Assembly (NCBI GenBank): GCA_965218795.1
Contig: OZ244653.1
Span: 3,040,001-3,104,000 of the forward strand
Direction of reading: 5' to 3'
DNA from: a bacterium
GTDB taxonomy: Bacteria > UBA8248 > JACPRG01 > G963555815
DNA length: 64,000 nt
A program made the translations under genes and the position numbers. A model generated the notes under the pieces. The model searched no databases. It worked only from the letters and a program-made list of their open reading frames with translations, and was not told the origin of the DNA. Below, in pieces: positions 39,356 through 48,232 of this stretch. The stretch's first letter is position 1. The number at the start of each line of letters is the position of its first letter.

Positions 39356-40307
39356 TGGATCTCTCCCCCGCACCCGGGACGCCCCCGGTGGTTCCAGCGC
39401 GCGCCGGCCGCAAGCCCATCGCGTGGCAGATGGCATAAGCCAAATCGCCGCGATTCAGCGTGTAGAAGTGAAATTCATTCACACCCTCATGGTGAAGCCG
39501 CCGGCATTGCTCGATCACGACGGATGCCGCCATGAGGTTTTGGGTGACGGGGTCATCGTCCAGCCCTTCGAAAAGGTTGGAGAGCCACTTGGGGACCGAG
39601 GCTCCGCATCGCTGGCTGAAGACCGCGACCTGCTTGAAGTTGTGAATCATCAGGATACCCGGAACGATGGGCACCGTAATGCCGGCCTTGCGGATCTGCT
39701 CCAGAAATTGAAGGAGCAGGTCCACGTCGAAGAAATACTGGGTGATGGCGCGCGTGGCTCCCGCATCGGTCTTCCGCTTCAAATTGTCGATGTCCGCTTC
39801 GGGACTCAGCGCCTCGGGGTGGGTCTCAGGGTAGGCGGCAACGCTGATTTCGAAGTCGGCCACCCGCTTGAGCCCATCCACGAGGTCGGCCGCGAAAGCA
39901 TAACCGCCGGGGTGCGGGGTGTACTCCGATTCGCCTTCGGGCGGATCTCCACGCAGCGCCACGATGTGGCGCACGCCCGTGTTCCAGTAGTCCCGAGCGA
40001 CCTCGTCCACCTCTTCTCGGGTGGCCCCGACACAGGTCAGATGCGCGGCCGGGACCAGGTGCGTTTCCCGAAGGATCCGGTGAACCGTGGCATGGGTCCG
40101 CTCCCGCGTGCTTCCCCCGGCTCCATAGGTAACGGAGACAAAGCGCGGTTGCATGGGCTCCAGCCGTTTGACGGATTCCCAAAGGGAATGTTCCATCTTC
40201 TCGGTCTTTGGAGGAAAGAACTCGAACGAAACTTCAATCGGTTCGCCCGGAAGCGCCGTGGAAATAATACCCCTTCGAGAATCATTCGCCGATTTCGGGT
40301 GGGTCAT
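39342..40307 (-). CDS. metF: 5,10-methylenetetrahydrofolate reductase
   Basis: SFEFFPPK, SVTYGAGGSTR, AHLTC, ALRGD, AYPETH, ITQYFFD, HFYTLNR. Confidence 0.96.
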   Translation of the reverse strand: MTHPKSANDSRRGIISTALPGEPIEVSFEFFPPKTEKMEHSLWESVKRLEPMQPRFVSVTYGAGGSTRERTHATVHRILRETHLVPAAHLTCVGATREEVDEVARDYWNTGVRHIVALRGDPPEGESEYTPHPGGYAFAADLVDGLKRVADFEISVAAYPETHPEALSPEADIDNLKRKTDAGATRAITQYFFDVDLLLQFLEQIRKAGITVPIVPGILMIHNFKQVAVFSQRCGASVPKWLSNLFEGLDDDPVTQNLMAASVVIEQCRRLHHEGVNEFHFYTLNRGDLAYAICHAMGLRPARAGTTGGVPGAGERSIDHC

Positions 40308-41296
40308 GGCGCGGTCCTCTCAAGGGATTTCGAAGGACCGCTCTTTCGGCGTTGGGCCTTCCGAACGGAAGTGGATCGGATGGCCGTCCAGATGGATACG
40401 GTCAGGGGGTCGCCGGGCAAGTGAACCACCCGATCGGGGGAGAGGCCGGAAGCCTCAATCCATTGCTTGACTTCTTCTTCCTCGAATCCCAGGCGGCGGT
40501 GTGCATGGCTCTTCCGAAGGTATTCCAAGTCGTGCGGGGCGAGATCGGCGATGATGAGAATTCCCCCCGGGCGGAGCACCCGGGCCGCCTCCAACAAAGC
40601 GCCGGTCGGTTGGTCCGCGTAATGCAGGACCTGATTAATTGTGACGGCGTCGAACGCCTGGGAAGGAAAGGGCAGCTGGTACATGTCGCCGTATCGTACC
40701 TGGCAGTGATGTGTCCCGCCCCGTTCCAACTGGGCGCGGGCCACCGCAAGCATTTCATGGGAGCGGTCGATCCCGACCGCACGGTCGACGCGGGGACCCA
40801 CCAGCTCCAGGATGCGCCCTGTGCCCGTACCCACATCGAGCAGATCCGCAATATCCCTGCCTGAGAGAATTTCAAGCAAGACCCGTTCCACCTCGGATTC
40901 GGGCACCCGCAGGGAGCGAATTTCATTCCATCTGGGCGCAATCTCGTTGAAATATCTCACCGCAGACTCGGCGCGAGCCTTTTTGACCCGCTGCAGCCTT
41001 TGCCGGTCCAGAGCGAGCGTTGGGTCGTCCTCAGGTAATAGGGAGATGAGCGACCGTCCCAATGAGCCGCGATGTTCATCCTGGGAAAGGCGGTAAAATA
41101 CCCATGCGCCCTCCGGAAATCGATCCAGCAAACCGGCTTCACAAAGAAGTTTCAGATGTCGAGAGACGCGCGGCTGGCTCTGTCCGAGAATTTGCGTTAG
41201 TTCCGTAACGGCCAATTCACCATGGGCGCAAAGGGCCAATAGGCGCAAACGCGTCGGCTCAGCCGCGGCCCTCAACCCCGCCAGGAGACCGTCCAT
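40304..41296 (-). CDS. sahR: ArsR-HTH plus SAM methyltransferase-domain regulator (SahR type)
   Basis: AEPTRLRLL, SQPRVSRHLK, LDVGTGTG, HAHRRLGF; directly upstream of metF-metH. Confidence 0.85.
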   Translation of the reverse strand: MDGLLAGLRAAAEPTRLRLLALCAHGELAVTELTQILGQSQPRVSRHLKLLCEAGLLDRFPEGAWVFYRLSQDEHRGSLGRSLISLLPEDDPTLALDRQRLQRVKKARAESAVRYFNEIAPRWNEIRSLRVPESEVERVLLEILSGRDIADLLDVGTGTGRILELVGPRVDRAVGIDRSHEMLAVARAQLERGGTHHCQVRYGDMYQLPFPSQAFDAVTINQVLHYADQPTGALLEAARVLRPGGILIIADLAPHDLEYLRKSHAHRRLGFEEEEVKQWIEASGLSPDRVVHLPGDPLTVSIWTAIRSTSVRKAQRRKSGPSKSLERTAP

Positions 41297-41343
41297 CAAA
41301 AGGAACCCCTCTGAACGTACCTGAATTAAATATCGAGATTAAG

Positions 41344-41363
41344 ATATATACAATTCTTTATAT
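41344..41363. promoter_or_regulatory. Candidate SahR operator
   Basis: Imperfect 20-bp palindrome ATATATACAATTCTTTATAT upstream of sahR. Confidence 0.55.
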
Positions 41364-41542
41364 ATATGTCAAGCAGAGCCGGTCTGATTTTCTTGTCCTT
41401 TGAGAATGGTGGTATTGTATTTTGGAATGACAGACAGTGAGTCTAGACCGAGTTTTCGATGGGCATGAGGTTGCCCGCGGAATGGGTCGAGGACATCTCA
41501 GGTATTCCGATCAACGGGTTGAATGGATTGGAGGTGATCATC

Positions 41543-42142
41543 ATGGGCTTGCGCCAGATGTTGAACAAACTGCTGTACGGGGACTCGGATCCGGACGCAA
41601 CGGGCAGCAAGAGTCCGGCTGTCCGGGAGAACTGGGAGGAACTGTATAACAACCCGGATACCCCGAGCTACGGAAACCCCAACGGATCCATCAGCCTGGT
41701 CGAGTTCGTCGATTACCGCTGACACTTCTGCAGAGCCCTCCGTGCGAGGCTTTCCAAGGCGAAGGATGAAAACCCCGAATTGCGGGTTATTGTGAAAGAG
41801 ATTCCCATCCTCGGGCCGACATCGATAGATGCCACCAAAGCCGCCTATGCGTCCATTGCCCAGGGGAAGTATTACGAGATGCACTCCGCCCTTTATGCGG
41901 CCAAGGGGAAATTCGGCGGGGACAACATTTACAAGATCGCCCAATCGGTTGGCCTGGATGTCGATCGGTTGAAGACGGATATGGAGTCGCCCAAGGTGAA
42001 GGAAATGTACGAATCGAACATCCAACTCGGCGAGGCTATCGGTATTCGGGGGACGCCGGGGATGGTGGTGGGGGAGGAAATCATCCTTGGGGCCATCGGC
42101 CAGAAGAAGCTGGCCCGGTTGATCCAGGATAGCTCGGCCTGA
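41543..42142 (+). CDS. DsbA/Com1-like thioredoxin-fold protein, putative selenoprotein (UxxC; TGA at 41720-41722)
   Basis: GNPNGSISLVEFVDYR-TGA-HFCRALR continues in frame to KEIPILG...GIRGTP; RBS GGAGGTG before ATG 41543. Confidence 0.88.
41732..41753 (+). promoter_or_regulatory. Putative bacterial SECIS hairpin of the DsbA-like gene
   Basis: AGAG(C)CCUC-CGUGC-GAGGCUUU; loop starts 18 nt after UGA and contains GU. Confidence 0.6.
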
Positions 42143-42216
42143 TTCCCAGCGTATGCCGTTTGAAACAGCTCACCGGATGTTTTCCCGATTTTCTGACTAT
42201 CATGAGGAGGCGGGAA

Positions 42217-42501
42217 ATGCTCAAAGCCGTATGGAACGGTGCGGTATTGGCCGAGACGGAACAGTTTGAAGAAGTGGAAGGCACTATCTACTTCCCGCCG
42301 GATTCCATCAACCGTGAATACTTTCGGGAGAATGACCAGAAGACTTTCTGTCACTGGAAGGGCGAGGCGAGCTACTACGATATCGTGGTGAATGATGAGG
42401 TGAACGAAGGCGCGGCCTGGACGTATTCGACTCCGATGGAGGCCGTGGAGAATATCAGGGGCCATATTGCCTTCTGGAAGGAAGTCGAAGTCGAGAAATA
42501 G
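42217..42501 (+). CDS. DUF427 domain protein
   Basis: KAVWNGAVLAE, VEGTIYFP, CHWKGEASYY, AAWTY, IAFW. Confidence 0.88.
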   Translation: MLKAVWNGAVLAETEQFEEVEGTIYFPPDSINREYFRENDQKTFCHWKGEASYYDIVVNDEVNEGAAWTYSTPMEAVENIRGHIAFWKEVEVEK

Positions 42502-42578
42502 CTCGCGCCCGATCTCTGAGCGGTCCGATGATCCCCGTTGAGTGAACGCCGTCGCATACGGGAGGAGTCGGAGTCGAT

Positions 42579-43208
42579 GTGAATGGCGCGCCTTGGATTT
42601 TTTTTGAAGTTCTTTCCACGCAGCGGGCTGTCAGGTCCTATCGAGAGGAGCCGGTTCCGGAGGAAATGGTCCAGCGGGTGCTGGAAGCCGCATCGTGTGC
42701 GCCCAGCGGGGGCAATGTGCAGCCCTGGGCGTTCGTTGTCGTCCGGGACCCGGAGACCAAGAAGAGAATCGGCAAACTCTATGCTGAAGCGTGGCGGTGG
42801 TATAAGCGGCGCCGCATCAAGCGGTCGTCGCTGCCGGAGCGCGCCAAGAGGGACGGCGACGCCTTCGCGGGCACGTTGGATCGCGTGCCCGTGCTGATCT
42901 TCGCCTGCCTGGACAGACGTAAGCTCGGGATTCCTTATGACTTGCCGCTGTGGCCCATCACACGAACCACCGCTTACGGTTCCATCTTCCCCGCAGTTCA
43001 GAATCTCCTCCTGACAGCGCGTGCATTGGGCCTCGGTTCCGTCCTGACGACCCTGCACGGCCGGTACGAACGGAAAATCAAAAAGATTCTGGGTCTCCCT
43101 CCGCACGTCCAGACCTGCGCCCTTATCCCCATTGGGTTTCCGGCGGTTCCATTCGGAAAAACCCGCCGAATTCCGACGGGGCGATTCGTCCATTACGATC
43201 AATGGTAG
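42579..43208 (+). CDS. Nitroreductase family protein
   Basis: TQRAVRSY, APSGGNVQPW, AVQNLLLTARALGLG. Confidence 0.88.
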   Translation: MNGAPWIFFEVLSTQRAVRSYREEPVPEEMVQRVLEAASCAPSGGNVQPWAFVVVRDPETKKRIGKLYAEAWRWYKRRRIKRSSLPERAKRDGDAFAGTLDRVPVLIFACLDRRKLGIPYDLPLWPITRTTAYGSIFPAVQNLLLTARALGLGSVLTTLHGRYERKIKKILGLPPHVQTCALIPIGFPAVPFGKTRRIPTGRFVHYDQW

Positions 43209-43640
43209 TCATTCGCTCGGACGCTCATCGGAGGACAATCCAATCAGCCGCTTTTTCAAAGTTCTGCCGGATGCTGGGCGCGGTCGGCGTTGTCGCCATC
43301 CTGATTCTCGGCTTCACACCGGTATCCGCGTACGCTTCCAGACAACTTCAGGTTCCGGAGGATCTTGGCCGCGGCGGACGCGATTGTCGTCCTCGGGTCC
43401 GGTTTGCGGTTGGACATGGTTATGGGTGAAGGCTCGCTGCACCGGGCCATACGGGGAATTGAACTTTACCGAAAAGAGTTTGCGCCGTTTCACGTCTTCA
43501 CGGGCCGGCGGGAAATACGGGAGAATCCGGGGCCGCTGTGCGGTCGGAACTCGCCCAGGCGATGGGAATTTCTCCCGATGGGATCCTCACCGAACCCCTG
43601 TGGAGACGGGCGAATCATGAATCCGGAGTTTCCCGCGTGA
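43202..43640 (+). pseudogene. YdcF/ElyC (DUF218) family remnant, frameshifted and truncated
   Basis: Hydrophobic N-terminus in one frame; ADAIVVLGSG...HRAIRGIELY...FTG in another. Confidence 0.65.
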
Positions 43641-43747
43641 CGAATGCGGTAGAATAATCCGGCGGAAAAATGCGGTATGGAATATGAGGCGGTCGGAGCG
43701 GCAAGGCATGCTCTTTGGACCGAAACGAAACAGGAAAGGGTCATCGG

Positions 43748-44407
43748 ATGAATCAATCGACTCGGAAAGCCTCGGCAGGCGTCAGCATCAGCGTTGCCCC
43801 GAATGGACCCCTGCTTGTGAAAGGGGGAGTCCCGCTTCGTGACGCCCAAGGCGAAGGCGTCGAAGCGCCGGCGGCTTATGCGCTCTGCCGTTGCGGCGAG
43901 TCCTCGAGAAAGCCGTTTTGCGACGGAACCCATAACAAGGCCGAATTTACGGGCGAGGAGTCGGCGGATCAGGGACCGATTGAATCCCGCAGGCGGGTTT
44001 ACAAGGGGCAGGGGATCACCATTTACGATGACCGGTCCATCTGCTCCCACGTCGGGATTTGCACGGATGACCTGCCGGACGTTTTTCGACACAAGGAGAG
44101 CACGTTTGTCAATCCGGAGGGCGAAGAAGACATCCAGAAAGCCATCGATGTGATCAAGCGGTGCCCGTCGGGCGCCCTCTGCTGCTCGCTGGACGATTCG
44201 GAGGAGATTGTCGAGGAAGAATGTGATCCGGATATCCAGATTGAAAGGGACGGTCCCTATGATGTGACCGGCCTGGTCGAGCTGAAATCGTCGGAAGGCG
44301 TCTCCTATGAAACCCGGGCGCGGTATACGCTCTGCCGCTGCGGAGGCTCCAAGAATAAGCCCTACTGCGACGGCACCCATTGGCATATCGGGTTCAGGGA
44401 CGGCTAG
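43748..44407 (+). CDS. CDGSH iron-sulfur protein (CDGSH - divergent 4Fe-4S - CDGSH)
   Basis: LCRCGESSRKPFCDGTH, CSHVGIC...CPSGAL, LCRCGGSKNKPYCDGTH. Confidence 0.9.
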   Translation: MNQSTRKASAGVSISVAPNGPLLVKGGVPLRDAQGEGVEAPAAYALCRCGESSRKPFCDGTHNKAEFTGEESADQGPIESRRRVYKGQGITIYDDRSICSHVGICTDDLPDVFRHKESTFVNPEGEEDIQKAIDVIKRCPSGALCCSLDDSEEIVEEECDPDIQIERDGPYDVTGLVELKSSEGVSYETRARYTLCRCGGSKNKPYCDGTHWHIGFRDG

Positions 44408-44593
44408 ACCGGAAGGCGTGAATCCGAATTCGATCTTCATCGGGCGCTCACGGCCGCATCTGATCGAATGCGATAGAAGGCGAATCTCCAAAGTAGAGAA
44501 GGCTGGACACCTCCCGTATAATCGCTAATGTCTTGTTACGCAAATCGTGGCTTGGCAGATTGCACACGCGAGACGCAAAGGGAGGTTCCCGAG

Positions 44594-45082
44594 ATGGGCT
44601 GGAACGCATTTGTGGTCGCAGTTTTCCTGACCTTGACGTTTCCGGCGACTCTTCCGGCGGTCGGGTCGATGGTTCCCGACCGCGACAAGGAATCGACATA
44701 CGAAAAGGGCCGCAAGCAGGCGGTGAGGAAAAATTGGGAAAAGGCCGCGGACCTCTTCCGGAAGGCCATTGCGGAAAATCCAAAGAATTACAAGGCCTAT
44801 AACATGTACGGCTATGTCCTTCGGAACCTGGGCCGGTACCAAGAATCGCTCGTCGCCTACGATGCCGCTCTTTCCCTGAAGCCGGATTTCGCCCAGGCGT
44901 TGGAGTACCGGGCCATGGCCCACCTTTTGTCCGGAAACCGGGATGCCGCCTTGAAGGATTACAAAACGCTGGTCCGGTTGGGATCTCCCCTGGCGGATCC
45001 CCTGAAAAAGAAAATGGATTTGCACGCGGCCGGAAAACTGAAAGCCGAGGATTCGAACCGGCCTTCCGTCACAAGCTGGTAA
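44594..45082 (+). CDS. Secreted tetratricopeptide-repeat protein
   Basis: Signal peptide; AYNMYGYVLRNLG...YDAALSLKPDFAQALEY. Confidence 0.8.
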   Translation: MGWNAFVVAVFLTLTFPATLPAVGSMVPDRDKESTYEKGRKQAVRKNWEKAADLFRKAIAENPKNYKAYNMYGYVLRNLGRYQESLVAYDAALSLKPDFAQALEYRAMAHLLSGNRDAALKDYKTLVRLGSPLADPLKKKMDLHAAGKLKAEDSNRPSVTSW

Positions 45083-45285
45083 GCAACGCATCCTTCCAAT
45101 GTGCCTCGTTGTCCCGCCCCGGGATATTTTGCGCAGTCTCCGGCCTGATTTCCGCCCGCCTGCTCGGTTTCCTCTGCTTCCAGGTCCATCCGACCTTCTG
45201 AATCGCACTCCCTTCCGGGTTCATCAATTGTCTCTTGCGAGACCCCGCGACCAATCATTTCCTTTGTAAAGAAGCGCCAAAGCGG

Positions 45286-45326
45286 ATGTCACATACCTGT
45301 CACATGAACCGGATGGAACTGTCACA
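45286..45326 (+). promoter_or_regulatory. Pho box array (PhoB-type direct repeats)
   Basis: TGTCACA at 45287, 45298 and 45320 (11- and 22-bp spacing), upstream of the porin and phoU. Confidence 0.75.
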
Positions 45327-45531
45327 TTCGTTCTGTAAAAAATTCAAACGAATCCGTACATGGGTCGCAAAACGTATGCACCAAAGTCGGACGATGGCGA
45401 AAAACCATGCAGGTAAAGCTGTTGATGGGAGAGCCGAAAGGGAGAGATGCAGTTTCGCAAGCTGTCCATAGCGGCTCCATAGGCCACAGCGGGGTTTCAA
45501 ATCCGAGAGGCATCAGTTCATCAAGGGAGGA

Positions 45532-46878
45532 ATGAGTATCGTGAGTCGAAGAGGAATGCTTGGGTCTTTGACAGGCGTCGCGCTCGCGTCGCTCCTGCTG
45601 CTCGTCGCGCATCCCGGGGGCGCATCGGAGTTGCTGGACGTGTTGCGGAAGAAGGACGTGATTTCCCAGCAGGAGTATGACGAGCTCAAGGCGGTGGAGA
45701 AAAAGAGAGAAGCCAAGGTCAGGGAAGAGCTCGAAAAGCGGGCGGAGGGCAACTTCAAGGTCAAGTACAAGCCGGGCGGGGGGGTTCGGATTACTTCCAA
45801 GGACAAACAGCACCAGCTGCGCTTCGGGGTTCAGCTCTTCAGCCAGATGTACATCCCCCCTGATGACAACGCTGATGAAACCTCTGCCTTCCGTCTGCGC
45901 CGGGCCCGGTTCACGATGCGGGGCCACATTTTCAACCACTGGACCTACAAGTTTGAACTGAACGGAACCGAGAAGCGGGTCCTCGATCAGGACGCCTATT
46001 TCGGCTGGGAGCAGTTCAAGCAGCTCAAGGTCCGCGTGGGCCAGCACAAGACCCGGTTCGGCGGCGAGCAGACCTGAAGCCGGTCCAACCTGTTCTTCCT
46101 CGAGCGGTCCCTGATCAACGACAACCTGACCGAGGGGGTTTCTCGGGGGGCTTACGCATATGGGTCTTTGCACCCGATGTTCGGCTACGAGCTGAGCCTC
46201 ACCAAAGGGAACGGAGTTGGAAGCACAGCTGGCGATAACAACGCTGACGACAACAACGACATGGACATCTCGGGCCGGTTCATCTGGAAGCCGACCAAGG
46301 GATCGGCCATGGAAAGGCAACTGCCCATTCAGTTTGTCGGGGGTTTTTCCGTGGGTGAGCAGGAGCATAACAGCAAAGGCGCCCGGACGCGGCTGTTCCT
46401 CCGTGACAACCGGCTGGAGGTCTTCAAAGCCGCCACCGGGGGTCTTCGGCAACGGTACGGCGGAGAGTTCTGGTACAACAAGGATTACAAGACCAAGGGC
46501 GCCCCTCCCATTTCCATTCTGGCCGAGTACATGCACGAGAGGCAGGAGCGCAAAGGCGTCCCGGGCGACCTGGATGACGTCATCCGCAAGGGGTGGCACG
46601 TTCAGGGCGGCTACATGCTGTCGGGCAGCCGGAAGAAGAACGGCTTGGAGTTGGTGGCAAGGGCAGAGTCCTTTGAGGGTGACGACGGAGCCGGAGGTGA
46701 GCAGAAGGTGAACGCCTACGGACTCGGCGTCAGCTACTGGCCGATCGCGGAGACCCGGTTCTCGCTCAACCTGTTCAGGTTCGACATCGACGAGCCGGAG
46801 GACCCCGATAGCTCGGACCCGTTCAAAAACGGGGACGACGCCTGGGCGATTCTCGGAGGCGCATACTTCAAGTTCTAG
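45532..46878 (+). pseudogene. OprO/OprP-like phosphate-selective porin with an in-frame TGA at 46075-46077
   Basis: FRLRRAR, DAY, VGQHKTRFGGEQT*SRSNLFFLERS; both halves in one frame; C-terminal YFKF. Confidence 0.75.
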
Positions 46879-47124
46879 GGTGGCCGGCCATTGGGCCTCG
46901 ATCCGGAACCTGACCTGCCGTTCGGTCTCGGTGAGCCTCACGCTGTCGAGTCATGAATCGCGCTTATCTCTCATGCGGATACAACGTAAACCGAGCTCGT
47001 CCAACCGTTGCCTCATCCGCAAAGCTATTGTCGCCCGCGCCATTTCATAGGAAGATTGGGAAAGGAATGGAACGGGTCGAATGGACAAGAGGACCCGGGG
47101 CGGCTTTGTCCATGTCGAGAGGGC

Positions 47125-47823
47125 ATGCAATTGGAAGACCGGCTCCATACGGTTTCGGAGTACGAGATCGAGCTGAGCAAGCTCAAAGAGAACTTGCTTC
47201 AGATGGGCGGTCTGGTCGAGGAGCAGATCGGCAACAGCCTGGAAGCCCTGACACAGAGGAATTCCGAGTTGGCCCAATCGGTGATCGGCCGGGACGCCGA
47301 GGTGGACCGCATCGAGCTGGAGATCGATCGCCTCGGTTTTCAGATTTTGACCCTCCGCCAGCCGGTGGGGGTCGACCTGCGGTTTATCGCCACGGCCTTG
47401 AAAATCGTTACGGACCTGGAGCGCATCGGAGACGAAGCCGTCAATATCTCCGAGCGCGTACGAGATCTCAACGAGGAGCCGTCGCTGAAGCCGTACGTCG
47501 ATCTGCCGCGAATGGCCGCCATCGCCCGCCAAATGCTCAAAGAGGCGCTGGACGCTTTCGTGGCGCAGGACATCGACCGCGCCCGGGCCATCCTTCCCCG
47601 GGATGACGATGTGGACCAACTGAACGAACAGCTTTTTCGCGAACTCCTGACGTTCATGCTGGAACGCTCGGCCAACATCTCGCGGTGCCTTCATCTGAGT
47701 TACATCTCCAAACATCTCGAACGGATCGCGGACCACGCCGTCAACATTGCTCAAATGGTTATCTTCCTCATCGAGGGCGAGGACGTGCGCCATCGGGGCG
47801 CGGCCGCCCGGGAAGAAAACTGA
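47125..47823 (+). CDS. phoU: Phosphate signalling protein PhoU
   Basis: MGGLVEEQI, RQPVGVDLR, DLERIGD, LERIADHAVNI. Confidence 0.95.
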   Translation: MQLEDRLHTVSEYEIELSKLKENLLQMGGLVEEQIGNSLEALTQRNSELAQSVIGRDAEVDRIELEIDRLGFQILTLRQPVGVDLRFIATALKIVTDLERIGDEAVNISERVRDLNEEPSLKPYVDLPRMAAIARQMLKEALDAFVAQDIDRARAILPRDDDVDQLNEQLFRELLTFMLERSANISRCLHLSYISKHLERIADHAVNIAQMVIFLIEGEDVRHRGAAAREEN

Positions 47824-47833
47824 GGGGAAGGCT

Positions 47834-47932
47834 TTGGCAGAGACGGTCCTCGTCGTTGAAGATGAAGCCGACATCCTTCAGGTCCTTCAATACAACCTGG
47901 AGGCGAGCGGGTACCATGTCGTAACGGCCACG
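47834..47932 (+). pseudogene. PhoB-like response regulator, first about 33 codons only
   Basis: MAETVLVVEDEADILQVLQYNLEASGYHV directly after phoU, then similarity is lost. Confidence 0.75.
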
Positions 47933-48127
47933 GCCGGGACGTCGTCGTGGTGCCCGATTGCTACACTCCGGCCCTGGACCCGACGGTGCCCCCCGGGGAG
48001 CTTGGGCGAGGCCATGGGCATCGACGCCACCCGTCCCTTCGGAAAACCCTTCCCCGAGGTGCCCGTCCACCCTGGGCTGGAAAAGGTTCCGGATTTGCTG
48101 GCGCTGGCGCGGGAAGGCCCGTCATGA
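47933..48127 (+). pseudogene. UbiD-family C-terminal remnant
   Basis: RDVVVVPDCYTPALDPT, then frameshift to AMGIDATRP. Confidence 0.65.
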
Positions 48128-48232
48128 ACCCGCAGTGGACCCGGCGGTGGCGGATCTTGATAGGAGCAAGGTGAGTGGATACCAATCATCGACAACGAGT
48201 TCCGTCGTCTCAATCGTCTATCGAGGTGAAAA

